From assembly GCA_964106915.2 (NCBI GenBank), contig OZ066923.1: 64,000 nt of DNA. The stretch is one strand, 5' to 3'. The position numbers and the translations under genes were made by a program. The DNA comes from Podarcis gaigeae. Lineage: Eukaryota. How positions within the stretch are numbered: position 1 is the first letter of the stretch; the number at the start of each line of letters is the position of its first letter. Of the stretch, positions 48,804 to 62,905 are shown piece after piece. The notes beneath the pieces are model-generated. The model searched no databases and was not told where the DNA came from. It was given only the letters and a program-made list of their open reading frames with translations.

Positions 48804-51800
48804 CAAGTCTTACTGAAGATGCGCAGTTGTGCTAGTTAGCTTCACTCATTTCACACACATGCTGAAACTTTTTTGATGCAACTATTAAGACTTTTCCTGG
48901 GTGGGGTCAGACATTTGTCAGGACTCTACCATGAGTTTCCCTTGCCAACTGATCAGTGAGTGCACATATAAGGGCTGGGGGTTTCCCATATACACAAAAT
49001 TAAAAAGAATTTTGTTGTTTTCTACAAGCAAATATTTAACAAATGTGTAAAATAAGAGGTGCTACTTAGAAGTAAGCTTGCTTTAGCTGTGGAAGCTCCT
49101 CCTAATTTTAGCTGTTTTGAGACTGGATTTGATTAAGCATTGAAAATGGAAAACACTTAGTACATTATTAAGTGCATTGCCATTGTCATCATCATGTTTA
49201 CGTGCTTTTGGGCAACATGGGGAAAGCAGAATGATCATCTCCGTTGCAAGGACCCCACAAGGACCTGGAGATAGTGCAAAAATGGCTGGATGCATCATCT
49301 TCATGAAAACTACAGCAACACTGAAATTTCAGATGTGGACACTTGTAACAATTGTGTGTGAACAGTCAATATATGTTTAAATATTCCCCTGGGTTCTTGT
49401 GCAGCTTGAGTCTCTCTTAAGAGATGTGGGAGCAAACTAACCTTGTCCCCGTACTCACAGTGTCTGTTTTAATAAGGGCTGCTATGATATCTCGATCCAT
49501 CTACAATTACCTGGGTTGAGATCCTGTTGCTTTGGAATAAGACACAAGCTGGAATAAGGCAAAACATTTCCTGCAGCAAGTGCCTCTTAAGACTGTTTTC
49601 CATTTAGTGATGCCAACCAAATTATACGGGCCCTTTCTTTTGTGTTTATCTTATCATACATGTGATCTGATTGACCTCTCGCTAGCCAGTTCCAGCCTTG
49701 GTGTGTTTGTTTGCTCTGGTCCGTGCTGGACTTTCACAAGAGCTGCTCAGTTCGCTTTTTTCAGCTTGTTTTTTAGGCTTTGTATCTGATTTCAGTTGCA
49801 GTTGCACAATAATTAAGCTACCAAGCTTGCTTATGAACTAAGGAGTGACTGTTACATTTCCTTCTTGTGCCTTCTCGTTGCTTTTTCACAGAGCTATTTC
49901 AGTGTTGAGATCAGAGGCAATGGTTTCCTTTCCTGGCCTGTCTCAAATCAATCTCAGTTTCTCATGGTACTTCACAAACGCTGTTTTATTTCCTTGATCC
50001 AACATGCAGGCATTAAACAACAACAGATAACATATTAATATGGTTCATTAGACACAAAACACTCTTTTTAAAAAAAATGTATTGAATTTAATCCCTCTGA
50101 AGTGCCTCTTATTGCTGCTTTTCTAGTTCATGGGTGAGATTTTTTCTTTAGATGGATAGTAGAGGAGAATAAGTTTGCAAAAGAAAAAAATGCCAAAACT
50201 AATTAGGCTGGCCTCTTTAATGTATGGCCAAAAGACAGCTACATTTTGCATAGCATTTGCTTAGATTCAAATTTAGAAATAATCACTATAACTTAAATAG
50301 AAATACACAGCATTTGAGCATCATGGAGAAGATGTGAATGGACGACCTGAGTGCCTATTCAGTTTGCTATTCAGATGCTAGTTGTTGATAAGCAAGTTCA
50401 AGGCCCCTGCTAGTCTCCCATGTTAGGAATTTGAACCAGGCATCCATTCAGATAGAGTCCTGTCCTTAGTAACATAGGCCATATGGCCATCCTAGAAGTA
50501 ATCCTACCTCCAAGATGGCAGTATGACTTTCTCAAGGATATAAGGAGCTGCCATATTGAATTGCATCTATGTCTACTCAAGTCTACCACAATGCATGCTC
50601 CTGCAAGGCTTGCCTTAGCCCTGCTACATGAGATTTTAAACTTGGAGTGCCGGGAAGTAAACCTGGTGTTAGAAGTCAGATCAACCACAGATTTAGAAAG
50701 CACGACATAAAAATATAGAGTTGTGAGTAGTCTTAAAACGTCTACATCCCCATTCTCTGTGGTCACTTAAACACTAGGGCCATTTAAATTGTCAGTTACT
50801 GTGAGTGATCATATTTGGAGGTTCCTCTTACTACTGCTTACCAGAACTGTAATTCACAGGACCTTTAACAAACTACAGTTCCCAGGATTGGGTGAGAGAG
50901 GACAAGCCATGACAGTTAATGTGGTATAAGAGTGCTTTAAATGTATAATATGGATGTGATATATGCTGTCCTGATCTACAACTGTAGTTAATGTAACCTA
51001 TGGCTAATTTAAACCAACTTAAACTTAATCATGACTGATTTAAACAAATCAGCTTCATAAAATATGGTTTGAGGTTGACTTGCTTGAAACTAACTGTAGT
51101 TAAGATTAACCACAGTTTGTTTGCTAGTTCCAGAGCACATGACAAGCTTTTGTTGAGCAAAATTGGAATTAAAAGCTTCCAAACTGCTCCTTGTGACTGT
51201 ACTGAAGGAAAGGGAAGCAGGGAGTGTGTGAATCTTAAAGTTCACGCCAGCACACATAGACATGGTCATTATGTTTTATGGAGACACTTTCCCAAGTGGT
51301 ACCTCACTCAGAAGTTGGAATCCCCAATGCAGTACTCATCATGGGTACCAGTGTGGCTGCCAGTACCTCCCATTACACCTCAGCAAATATCCCCTCAAAA
51401 ATCCATAGTGTATGAGATACTATTTCTGTCTTATTTCTTGGTTCTTGTTTACACTGACTCAGCCTCTTCCACACTGAATATGCCTCCTTAAACATGCCCA
51501 CATTTCACTGACTGCTCTCCCTTCAATTCTGAACAGAGGAGGGGTACAAAGAGCTTTTCGTGAGTGAGCATTCTTCCATGGGAGGGGGATGGCTGATGGG
51601 GGAGAATGCCCACACCATTTTGTGGCCCTGCCTCTTTTTGCTGTTTTAGATGTGGCAGTCATTTTATGTTGTCCCCACCCCCATGGCAGCCATTTTGTGA
51701 TTGTTACCCAGGGCACTTCCTCAAAATTCCAAATGTGTCCACTGGGCCAAAATCCATTGTCAACCCCTGTCTTATCACACTCTTATCACATAGCATCTTG

Positions 51801-53625
51801 TCAAAAATAGTCATGCAAATTGCTTGAAGACCCTTTGACACAGAGCACTAAGCTGCTCACTCCTTGAGGCATACATTCCACATTTCTGCTGAGGTGATAA
51901 AACTGCTGCTTCAATGGAGGTAGCCCAGCCTGTTTGAGTTTGTCCTTGACATGCTTTAATAAAAATGAAAGCATAGACAGAATAAGGAAGGTCTTTGGAA
52001 TTTGTTTATTGCCCAACAACTTCAAGCACCAGTGGCCTCAGTTCCCACATCCAGCTGGGTGATGAGAGCATGTGAGACTCAGATCTAAGCATTTGCAACA
52101 TTGTTGGAAAGGGAACATTTAACTTGTTGCTTATGTTGCCTCTGGGCTTTATGGTTTTCCTTTTGAGGGTTAGCAGGATAATTAAGGCTGCCAATCCTAT
52201 ATATTCTTACCTAGGAATTAGTCCCATTGAACTCATTGCTTCTAGGTTGGCACAGGATTTCAATATTAATTCTTTGTTTGAAATGAGTTAATGTCCCAGC
52301 AATGAAAAAGCGATGAAAAGTGTGTCATCCTATACAATGGTAAATAAATGGACTTTGTGCCTAAGGAGCCAAATAGCATATTAAAACAAAAGGGAACATT
52401 AATCCTCTTCTCCTAAATTACAGTATTCTTGAGGCTAGAGTATTTGTTGTGGGCATCTTGTTGTTCTGCACAAAAGGCTTATTATTCTGTTGTGTTTTGG
52501 AAACCTTAATGGGTATTAGTAAGTGAGCGTTCAGAGAATTTTTTGGCAATTTGTCTTAGCGAGATTTGTGTGAATTTAAAAATAGCTTTTAATAGCTTTT
52601 AATGGCTACTGCATTACATGAGTTTGAGCAGCAAGACAGCCTGACCCAATCACTTAGTGCTCCATCTCCCAGGTGGAATAGTTGAATGGAGCTCATGAGG
52701 AATGGCTTCAAAAACTGAACAAGCTGTTCCTAAATACTCAAAATGGACCACAGCCATGTGCTTTTAATAGACGCATCCTGCATATGCAACCTAAAAATGT
52801 CAGTTTCAACATTTTTAATTTTTTTTAATTGCTTCTTTTATATCTATCATACTGTGTGTCCTAAGTATTTTCAATTATTTGTCCTTCCAAATAATTGGTT
52901 GGGTTAACCTTGAGTTAGGTTGCCATTACTGACATTTTGCAAACTAGAAACTGATGAATGCTTGTTAAAGGCCACAGTGGGAAATTATGGAGAGGGATCT
53001 AAATCTATATTTGGGGCGAGGGGGGGGGGTCTAAGTTCTGCACTCTATTCCAGGTCCACAATGATTTTCAAGTGTGTCGCAATCCAAAATCAGCCTAGCT
53101 GAATGTAGCCTGGTGCCAGCATCTCATCATTCAGCATGAAAAAGGTTACATTTTTGTGAGCATTCATTGTGGGTTGTTGCAGTTAGACTCAAAGGCACTT
53201 GCATTAAGTGCTCGCCATTTCCATTTCCAGCCCCCTTTTTGAGTGCTGCTGCTGCTCCTGCCACCACTTGAAAGGTAAGAAAAGAGGAAGGTGGGGAATG
53301 TTTCGAGGAATGGAGACTAGTGTGGAGGAATTTGGAAAACTGTAAGGATTGGCAAGGATTGCTGGAAGGATCCAATAATTCATTTCTGACATGGATTTTT
53401 AATTCAAGCCAGGAAACCTATTTCATGGTGAGCTTTTACCAGCCCTGAAAGTTCATTTTCTTTTTTTAAAAAAGGGAAACGGGGGAAAAGCTGTGCGTGT
53501 CAATGGCCATCAAAATACTGTGAGCTTGATAATGCATTGAATGAATGTTTGCCCACCCTGAGCCTACAGGCCAAAACACTTAAGAAATGGACTCTACGCT
53601 AATCATGCATGTGTACTAAAATTAT

Positions 53626-53812
53626 GGAACTGCCTTATACTGAATCAGTCTAATGGTCCATCTAGCTCAGTACTGTCTACACAGACTGGCAGCATCTCTC
53701 CAGAGTTTCATCCAGGAATCTCTCCATTCCCTATCTGGAGATGCTGGGGATTGAAGCTGGAACCTTCTGCATGCAAAGCAGATGTTCTACTCTTGAGTTA
53801 TGGCCCTTCCCC
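53626..53812 (-). mobile_element. tRNA-derived SINE (Squam2-like)
   Basis: Minus-strand head GGGGAAGGGCCATAACTCAAGAGTAGAACATCTGCTTTGCATGCAGAAGGTTCCAGCTTCAATCCCCAGCATCTCCA is tRNA-shaped. Degenerate relatives at ~54715(+) and ~10335(+). Confidence 0.75.
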
Positions 53813-53845
53813 ATAAATTTCTATCGTTTCTCTGCTTGATCATTA

Positions 53846-53873
53846 ACAACAACAACAACAACAACAACAACAA
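53846..53873. repeat. (AAC)n microsatellite
   Basis: Read directly from the sequence. Confidence 0.95.
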
Positions 53874-54404
53874 GAAAACACCTAAGCCCCAAAGATCCAA
53901 ATTCTTAAGTCTCCCACATAAGGAAGATGTTCTGCTTCCTCTGTTTTAGTTGTTTTCTGTGCCCTCTGTTTCAAGTTGAGGCATGAATTTGCCTTGTGAC
54001 CCTTTGCAAAAGAGGGAAAAATTTGTGCATGCAGCATTAGCACAGCGACCATAAAGCCCTTCTTGTCTTTTGTGTTTTTGTCTGAAGGCGACTGTGCACG
54101 TGACAAAAGCCACACAGATCTTGAGCAAATGTTTGAAGAGCTTCTTGCACAACAGAGCTGAGCAAACATTCAGGCATACCATTTTTAACGCAGTGAGGGA
54201 ACACATGGCAGCAAATGTGCTGGCACCAAGTACATTAAATGACATTTGTACTGCAGAGAATAAATGGCATGAGAATTTGGTTCCTGTGTCCGTTTCTGCA
54301 AGGAAGAGGTGCTGCGCATTTTAGATGTCATTCAAAACTAACAGAATAGTCCCATTGTAGGACTGCAGTAACAAGCTGCAATCCTCCAAGCCATTCCTCT
54401 AAAA

Positions 54405-54542
54405 CAGGTATGGGGAACTTGTAGCCCTCCAGATGTTGTTGAACTCCAACTCCCATTAGCCCCAGACAGCCTGGCCAGTAGTCAAGAGTGATGGGAGCAG
54501 GAGTCCAGCATAATCTGGAAGGCCACAGCTTCCCCAGCCTTG
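54405..54542. mobile_element. ~135-bp hAT-type MITE (related family)
   Basis: CCCTCCAGATGTT...CTCCCAT / ATGGGAG...ATCTGGAAGG palindrome. 8-bp TSD CTCTAAAA / GTCTAAAA. Older copies at ~6430, ~16545, ~29165, ~30200, ~31345, ~37560, ~37985, ~39700, ~40365, ~63305. Confidence 0.8.
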
Positions 54543-55180
54543 GTCTAAAATTTGAGAGCCCATGATTAGTGGCTCGTATTCTCAAACTGTCCCTATTTTT
54601 TGCACGTGTCTCTGGTAAAACACTGCCACTTGCATGTCCTTATTTGCTCTTGGGATGGGAAATTCTTGGGAATCTGGATATTTGTTTTGTAAGTGGACTC
54701 AAATACACTGAATGGAGAAGGACCATAGCTAGGCGGTACAAAGTTCATGTTTCATATATGAAAAGTCCTAAATTCACCCCGTCCTGTCCAGTTAAACGGC
54801 TGCAGAACACTGGAGAGATTCTGTCACTCAGGGCGTACAAAACGGGTTAAATTATTTGACCTTGCAGAAGCCAGTTTCCTATTTCCCTGTGGTTGTTCAG
54901 GTTTCAGTTCCTTCTACTGGCTCCTTGGATGATAATTCTGTTTAGTGGAACCGGAGGCTTGTTTATCTCAGTGCATTTTCATATAAATGTGCACTCACAA
55001 ACAATGTGGCAGAAAGTATTGTGCAGCATGACATATATATCACATGTTGCCACTTACAAGGCTCATTTAGGATTACTGCAAATAATGAGCATGTATCAGT
55101 CGCAAGGGCTGAATGTGATCCTCTAAACCCCTCTATCCAACCCTTGGGAGTCTCCACAGCCATGCCCCCTCTCTCAAACC

Positions 55181-55309
55181 TAGGGCTGCCATACGTTCTG
55201 GATTTTCCTGGACATTACCAGATTAGACATCCGGGGAGAATTTCCTGGGTCTTAGGCAATTCAATTTTGGAGTGTCCTGGTTTATACTTTTTGAAATATG
55301 GCAACCCTA
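55181..55309. mobile_element. Short TIR element (TAGGG(C/T)TGCCATA...TATGGCAACCCTA) nested in an older repeat
   Basis: 13-bp TIR with one mismatch. CAAACC is duplicated on both flanks. Confidence 0.7.
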
Positions 55310-56814
55310 CAAACCACTCCCTTCACCATCCTTCCTTGCATGCTTTTGTTAACCAGAATGTGGCCTTGAAATGTGGTTCTGCTTCTTGTTTGTCTAGATG
55401 GAAGAGTTTCAAAAATCTCTAAGTGGCATCCAGTTTAAAAAAAGGAAACAATATTTCATTAAAACATTAAAGCACAACATGAAAGCAGTAAAACACAAAC
55501 TCACACCCAAAGCCCATATAAAAGGGGGAGGGAAGCAAATCCAGAAGATTCAAACATGTAAAACAAAGTCCAATCTTCTGGGTGTCAGGGAAAGACCCAG
55601 ACAAAGAAACAAGTCTTTGTAAGATGTCTGAAGTAACTGATGGGTGCTGTTTTCACTAAGGGCACAGAAATGACATTCTACAGTACAGGGGCAAAATGGC
55701 CAATGAGACTCAGTAGGTTGTGGTGCTATAAGGAGACCCCCCCCCCAGATTATCTAAGTGATTTTATGGATCTATACAGGCACATGTGATCTTTCTTGTA
55801 ACCCAAGTTGTTCAGGGCTTTATATGTTAACAACAAGACCAGTAGCTGATTTTATATATGTGAAGAATTTAAATTTAAAAAAATCCTGTAATATTGTGCA
55901 CCAAAGAGCTTTAAATCATAGGCAATTTAATGTGAAAGGGTTTAAAATTGCAGTCTGCAAAATCACGAGACAGGCTGTCCTATGGAGGCAAAAAGCATTG
56001 CTAAAGAGAGGTTCAAGTAGAAGTAGAAAAAAGGGCAAAGGGGAATCTTGGAACAACAACAAAGGAAACAGGAAGGGGACACAAATGTGAAGTGATTTCA
56101 GAAACAAAGGCTTGCAAAGACTGTTCACACTGAAGAAATTTTTGACTGAAATGCTAAAGTACACAGTATAGAACAAAAGCTGTGTTGAGGCTGTTCCCGC
56201 TTTCAGCTGCCCCACCAGCAAAACCAAGTCCATGGAGTAGCTTACCACATTAAGTGCACCATCCATGCCATCAAAATTTTATGTATTTATTTATATTCAT
56301 TTGAAATATTCCTGTCCCATCTTTCTTACAGGAAGGAAATATGAAGCAGCTTAAAATATTGTATTTAATTACTTAAGTGGGGAAAATATTTAGCAGCAGT
56401 TTATTTTAGTTCTCTGGAAAGTTTATACTTGCTATTTTGTGTCAGATGGCACATCAAGCCAGATTTTTTGCACAAGGGATAAAGGGGGGGGGCATGTTTT
56501 TGAGTAGAAAGTTTCTTAACCTTTTCCCCTTTAGGCTTTTGAACGTCCCCTCCATATCATAACAAACCTTCTTCTGTTCTATAAGACATGTCTAATGTGG
56601 CACCGGCCTGGAATCTACCACAAGGAAGTGCCAAATATGTGAAACTGATGATTGCTGTGCTGTTTTCCTCATGTTCTTTGCTGCTGCATCAATTCAGTGC
56701 CAGCTGTTGCTGTTCCAAAAGAGTAGAACTGTTAGTGTGTTGTGGCAACCCCCCCCAACAGATTCTGCGACATCTTAAAGCAAAGGTGAGGAACCCTCTA
56801 CCCTCCACTGCCCC

Positions 56815-57171
56815 TGAAATATACTCGGAGTCGAGTGTGAATTTCATGCTCCTTATTCAGCTTGTAGTAGCAATGAATGAAACTTTCCCCAAAACATCTA
56901 GCTATATATACATTATTTATACAATGGGCCCCGCATGATTGGCTAATTCCGGGCTGCTCCTGTAGGCCAATCAGATTGTGGATTCCTTCCTCCAGAAGCC
57001 TGATTGGCTGCTCCTGCAATCCAATCAGGTTGTTGATTCACTTCATGCAGGAGCCTGATTGGCTGCTCCTGCAGGCCAATCAGGTCGCTGATTGACTTCC
57101 ACCTGGAGCGGACCAATCAGACTGCTGCATCCTGGATCCTATTGTTCTAGGATTCAGTTCAGTACATAACA
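56815..57171 (-). mobile_element. Solo LTR (357 bp), probably Gypsy/ERV type
   Basis: TG...CA ends with 5-bp TSD GCCCC / GTCCC. On the minus strand a CCAAT array is followed by TATAAAT and then an AATAAG poly(A)-like signal. It splits a hAT MITE. Confidence 0.8.
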
Positions 57172-59199
57172 GTCCCCAGCCATTAGCCATTCTGGCTGAG
57201 GCTGACATCAACATCTGGAGAGCCTTGCCTTAAGACATTTGTTGTGGCATGAACTTCCAAGGTAAAGGTATTGGAGGTGAGCTTCATGCGTCTGTTGGAA
57301 GTGGGTTTTTGCGTAAGAAAGATCATGCTACAGTTCATCTTTTAGTCCCTAAGGGGCCATGAGGATTTTTACACTGCAAACCTATACATGTCTACACCAT
57401 TGCGTTTAATGGGTCTTATTCCCTGAGTATAGGATTGCAACCTTAGTTGCAAGCAATATGTGAGGTCAATCAGCTGAATTCGAGGTGTGCATTCCCTACT
57501 TAAGCAGTTGTCAGTGTGGTGTCTGTGGGCACACACATGCCCTTAGATTGTCTTCCTTGGAGCCCCAAGTCACACAACAATAACAACAACATGCAACACA
57601 TTGTGCTAAGGTCATGGGCAACTAATGGATGTGCTTTAGATTTATAGCATGCCTCAGCCAAAAAGAACCTCCCTCTTATCCCCATAGCCAAATAATGTCA
57701 AATTAAGCATTCACTGTGATGCCTCATGCTTTCCTGACTTATGTTTGAGCCACAAAGGCCAGCTCAAAGAGATGCTACTGAAAGGCACTTGGGCTTGACT
57801 TTCATGTGTGTATGAAAGTCAGGGATCAAGCACTGAGGGCTGTGTTCCCTTGTGGGCAATCTTCAGGAACCACATGTCAGTGGTGGGTGAGGAAACAGAT
57901 GTGGCTCTGATATTTTCACAGCAAGCTGCACTCCAGCCATGCAGAAGCGAGAGGTTTCTACATGAGTATCTATCTATCCAGGCAAGATAGAAGTATTATC
58001 ATAGTTCAATGATATCTTCCAACCAAGCAAAAATAAGGAAACACTGGAACAGAACCAGTGTGGGATATAGTCTGGTAGTTGGGGTGTGATGTGGTCTGGA
58101 GAGAGCACTGAGGGCCAAATAGAAAGGCCTGGAGGGCTGCATTAGGCCCCTGGGACAGGTCATCCACTCTTGGTGTATGGAATAGCTGCATAACGTTTTG
58201 ACCTTCTTGTTAATTCAGTTGTTAATTGTGATAACACATTTTGGAGATTCGTGGTGTAAGAAGAGGTTGCATCCTGCCATTTACTACCCAACACAGCCAG
58301 ATCCTGAAAGTTAAAAGAAAACCCAGTAGATATAAAATCCTCAAATGCTGGGAAAATAGAAACAAAAACATATCAGTCATGAGCAGAGACGGAGGCTGCT
58401 GGCGGTGCAGGGAGAGAAGGACCTTGTTAAGTAAGAGACAATACTGGAATGATTGGACAGGCTTCAGCAGGTCCTGGCTTCACATCATATCACACCATGC
58501 TTCAGCTCCAGACAGTATGGAACCACTTGGGCATTTGACATCCACTCTCCTGGAATGCAGCCTAAGTCGATTAGGTAGTTCAGCTGATTTAGAGAAGCTT
58601 CTGGTTTAAATACAAAACCTGAAGCTTACTTCAGCTGTCTTCAAAATACATATGGTAGAGGAGGATGCTGGGCAGTCACCAGGAATTCCTCTTTGCATCC
58701 TATAATTCTGAATCCGTTCATAAGAGTGACATCTATTGTCATAACCTATTATTACATTATACCCAAATACTTGTCCTTTAAGTCAGACAGTTCAAACGAA
58801 AATGGAGGTGGTGGTGGTAGGAATTCATCTGCTTTTCTACCTCGAAAAAAAATCTGTTATATTAAAGCCTCACAGTCTGATGGGAGTTGGTGTGCAGTCT
58901 CCCTGTGCTACATGATTCCCTATGAAGGGGAAGGGGAATGCCAGCCCATAAGGCCAAATCGGAATGATAACTCTTTGTGCCAATGCCGTTTGGACATCAA
59001 AGTGGAAGCCTGAAGGGGAAGAGTGTCCTTGAGAAATACTTAAATATTTCTGCTGTGGGGTGGAGTCCTCCTGAAACCTTTGGCCTGGTGGGATTGGAAG
59101 CAGTGGAATCAACTTCTAAAAAACCACACCATTTGGGTATGGCTAAGGTTTTAAAAGTGTGTATGTGTGTATGTAGAAGTCTAATGTTAAAGGACCCGA

Positions 59200-59244
59200 G
59201 ATGATGATGATGATGATGATGATGATAATAATAATAATAATAAT
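59200..59244. repeat. Compound (GAT)n(AAT)n microsatellite
   Basis: Read directly from the sequence. Confidence 0.95.
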
Positions 59245-60024
59245 GTTGTAATGTATGAAAACTATTATTATTAATTCATAGCTTTTAATAAAATGTCTCA
59301 AACTGGCTTACAAAATATGGCAGTAGGCAAATTACTATGAAGGAGGAATTTTTTTTCACTAGGTAGGTGCTTGAACCTCTGAACAGAAGGTTTGGCTCAG
59401 AAAACAATACTCTGTGAACTCTTGTCCTAATTTCTATATACATAAAACTAAAATGGCTTGAGGAAATCAGTGTGGTGTGTAGAGTGTTTGTCAAAGAATT
59501 CACATCCTTTCATTTCATTTTTGTTTCCTTGTATTGTGGTATCACAGCTCTATGTCTTTACTCATTAACTGCTAACATTAAAAGTGTTGTTTTAACACTG
59601 ACCTTGACTTTAACACGGTTGTTGCTTTTTCTACAAAGGTTAGGAATTTGCAGTGGCATCTAGCGAGCAGGAAAACAATCAGACCTGAAAGTTTGGTGTG
59701 GTTTTTTTTTACATCACTCCCCCTGAAACAATACACGGAGACAATATTTTCCTTTGCTCTCTCTGTCACGCACCATTTTGATTTCCAAGGGCTCATGTGC
59801 ATTTGCACAACTTTGTTCTTGAATTTTGTAAAACTCATTGTTTAAATTAAAGAGAGAGAAAATATTAGATAGGAATATAGGGAGCTGCTTTAGTGCCTTA
59901 TACCAGGGCAGACATTTTGATCATCGGGCACACTAATGTCTAAATGCTCTGCGAATAGTCCTGCCCCCCACCCCAAACCAAACAAACAGGTACGGGGGGG
60001 GGCAGGATGGGCTTCACAGTGAAA

Positions 60025-60245
60025 CACGTGAAAAGGATCTTGGAACCGCAGTTTATGCCAAGCCAGCAGTGTAGTGCGGCTACAAAAAAGGCCAAATGCC
60101 ATTCCAAGCTGCATCAATAGAACCAGAGTTTCCAAGTTCATGAGAAGTAATAGTTCCACTTTATTCTGCACTATTCAGACCACAGCCTGAGCATTATGCT
60201 CAGTTGTAGGAATGACACTTTCAGAAGGATGCAATCTGGAATGGT
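60025..60245 (+). mobile_element. Degraded CR1 LINE ORF2 fragment
   Basis: Broken peptides EKDLG, SQQCSAATKKA, CINRTRVSK and EVIVPLYSALFRPQPE match motifs that follow the CR1 RT domain. Confidence 0.8.
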
Positions 60246-60888
60246 TAAGTTTATTAATGATTAAGAGACCAGGGAATAAGAAGACTTACTCTGTTTTATT
60301 TCCCCTTGTTTGCTTCATTGTTTCTGAGACCTGCCCTTCTGCAATTTCTTTTTTTTTCTGTGCAAAGTCCAGATCTGTGATTTAATTGGCGGGAGTGGAT
60401 TCTGCTCACAGTCTGCAGGTACCTCCTAATAATAGCGCTAGGCAGACATCAGCCTAGACATGTCCAAGATCAGTTTTTAATCTGAATTTTATTACTAATG
60501 ACTAATGGGGAGAAAAAGTGTGATTGGATTTTTGGCTCATTTCTAATCTCTGGCTGACTCAACATAATTTTTACCAGTTCTCTCTCTCTTGTAACTTCTT
60601 TATTATCTGTGGGAAAAAACACCACCAGGACCATCAACACACAGTTCCTGACCTTTGCAACAGTTCTGAAACCAACAGGCACATTTTGCACATACTAGCT
60701 GTAATTTATTGATGTCCATTTATTTTCCTAGTCAAATTGTGGTTTAAGAAAAGCATTAGAGAAAGTTGATAAGGCTGTTCCTCTTGAGGGAAATTTTTAT
60801 GCATACATCATATTGCACTTGTAGGTGAACCAGGGAAATCCCTCCATATGGAACTGCACTCTCAAAACAAACAAACAAATAAACAAAA

Positions 60889-61235
60889 GGGACGCGGGTG
60901 GTGCTGTGGGTTAAACCACAGAGCCTAGGACTTGCCATCAGAAGGTTGGCGGTTCGAATCCACGCGACGGGGTGAGCTCCCGTTGCTCGGGCCCTGCTCC
61001 TGCCAACCTAGCAGTTCAAAAGCACATCAAAGTGCAAAAGATAAATAGGTACCGCTCCAGCGGGAAGGTAAATAGCGTTTCCCTGTGCTGCTCTGGTTCG
61101 CCAGAAGCGGCTTAGTCATGCTGGCCACATTACCAGCTGTACACTGGCTCCCTTGGCCGATATAGCGAGATGGGCGCCACAACCCCAAAGTCGGTCACGA
61201 CTTGACCTAATGGTCAGAGCTCCCTTTACCTTTAC
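60889..61235 (+). mobile_element. Full-length Sauria/Squam1 SINE
   Basis: Colinear with the 42684 copy, with B box GGTTCGAATCC and CCTTTACCTTTAC tail. No clear TSD because the flanks are simple repeats. Confidence 0.92.
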
Positions 61236-62336
61236 TATGTATGTATGTATGTAAGTGTGTGTGTGTAACACATCATCATACAGATCATGTTCTTGATCAT
61301 TTTTTTCTTTAGTTCTAACAGGTTAAACCCTGTTGTTCAAATGAATACTGCATTTTGAGGCTGATCTTATTAATGGCAGGGTTGGGACATTAATAATAGA
61401 ATAAAGATTGCAGCAAAAAGGAAAGGGACCCAAAGCCACACAGGAGTTAGCAAAAGAACTTAAGGAAGAATCATTCTGGATTGGTCATGATTGAAGAGTC
61501 AGGGCAGAGAGGCTTGGACATAACGGATGGACAGTGGAAGAAGGTGGAACATGAGAGAACAAGAGCAGGATGAACTGAAATCCCTTAAAGTACCTTGTTC
61601 CATTGCCCAGGCAAAAGCCAATGTTAGGCTCATGCTGCATTTGTTCAGAGACATATTACTGGTAGTCTGTCAGTACCACTGAAGTGGAAGTCTCTCAGCT
61701 AGGTAGGCATTTCTGGTAAAACCTAGTTCTGTGCATCTTATGAGGCTGTGTTCCAGAATTGGCTGTTGAGATGGCCAGTCCCTGGCATAAATCCCCCATC
61801 ATATTCCAGGAAACAGAAGTATTATTACTGCAAGCAGTTATCCTTTGTACATACATAAAGCAGAAAAAGACACTTGGAGGCATGTAGCAAAAGTTTATAG
61901 TCTTTACTCTTATTTCATTTTAATGGATTATATGCAAAGTGGCGTAATAGTGTACTGCTTTTGATGCCAAAGCAGTTCTCTTTCGTTGCCTAGAGGTAAG
62001 CCATTCTAAGGGGCTAAGCATAGCTGCAAAGGGAATTTGGTTCAAGAAAATAGCGCAAGAGAAAGGGCAATCCTTCCCTCCCCCTGAGCTCCTCCTCCAA
62101 TCAAATACAGAGTCCTCTACAGTGGCTTCAAAGTAAAAGCAAACCTTTGGGGAGATCCAGTCATACAGTTTGGCTCTAAACATGTCTATTCTCTTTATCC
62201 TTTTAGTAGAAAATGTCTTATTTTTGCTGCATTTTCCTGTCCATTTCCCACAGCTCTTTACAAAATAGCAGGAAATGACTATTGTTTTGAGGCTAGTTTG
62301 ATTTATTTTTAAATGTTGAATGCCAAAGGTCGTCGT

Positions 62337-62385
62337 CTTCTTCTTCTTCTTCTTCTTCTTCTTCTTCTTCTTCTTCTTCTTCTTC
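62337..62385. repeat. (CTT)n microsatellite
   Basis: Read directly from the sequence. It produces the poly-K, poly-L and poly-F ORFs. Confidence 0.97.
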
Positions 62386-62905
62386 AATTCATTTTCAAAA
62401 GAAATCCACCTGTTAGCTTACAAGGAGAAGGCACTTTTCAGCTTCAGGGCTTCACTACATCTAGGAAATACAAAAAAGGAGTTGTCACAGGGACAAATCC
62501 AAAGGGCTAATGATTCTGCAGTGTGCATCTAAGGGCTAATCCAGATTTCTGCTTGTGTTGCTGCTTCCCCTGGGAAAGCCTGCTCTTTAACGCTGAATCA
62601 GAGCATACTGTATGTCAGTCAGGTTTTTCACGGATTTACATCTGCTCTGATTTAGCACTAAAGAGCAGGTTTTGCCTCGGAAAGTGGCCGGACAAGGGGA
62701 AAACCATTAGGACCTGTGCTTTCTAGCCACAATACAACACATATGTACAAGCCAAATGCCACTACCAGTTCTCTTGAGTGCATAAATGAAATGAAATACT
62801 TACCAATTCATGTGATGTGGGAACAGTGCAACAAGACATCCGAGTGACTTCCACTCCTTTTCCACATTTCCAGGGTAAAGTGAGAAGGGGCATCCCTTTA
62901 TCGCA

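Noticed and set aside
8146-51465. Scattered AP-1 sites (TGASTCA)
   Set aside because: The number seen is about what chance predicts for a 7-mer in 64 kb, with no convincing clustering.
56935-57120. Regularly spaced palindromic repeats resembling a CRISPR array
   Set aside because: The spacers are themselves similar, there are no cas genes, the context is vertebrate, and the array lies inside an LTR.
57228-57362. Penelope-like terminal fragment as a possible hammerhead ribozyme
   Set aside because: The resemblance is only by recall and the CUGANGA core is not intact (CTGTTGGA), so no functional ribozyme can be supported.
61920-62532. Poly-Lys, poly-Leu and poly-Phe ORFs
   Set aside because: Products of the (CTT)n microsatellite.
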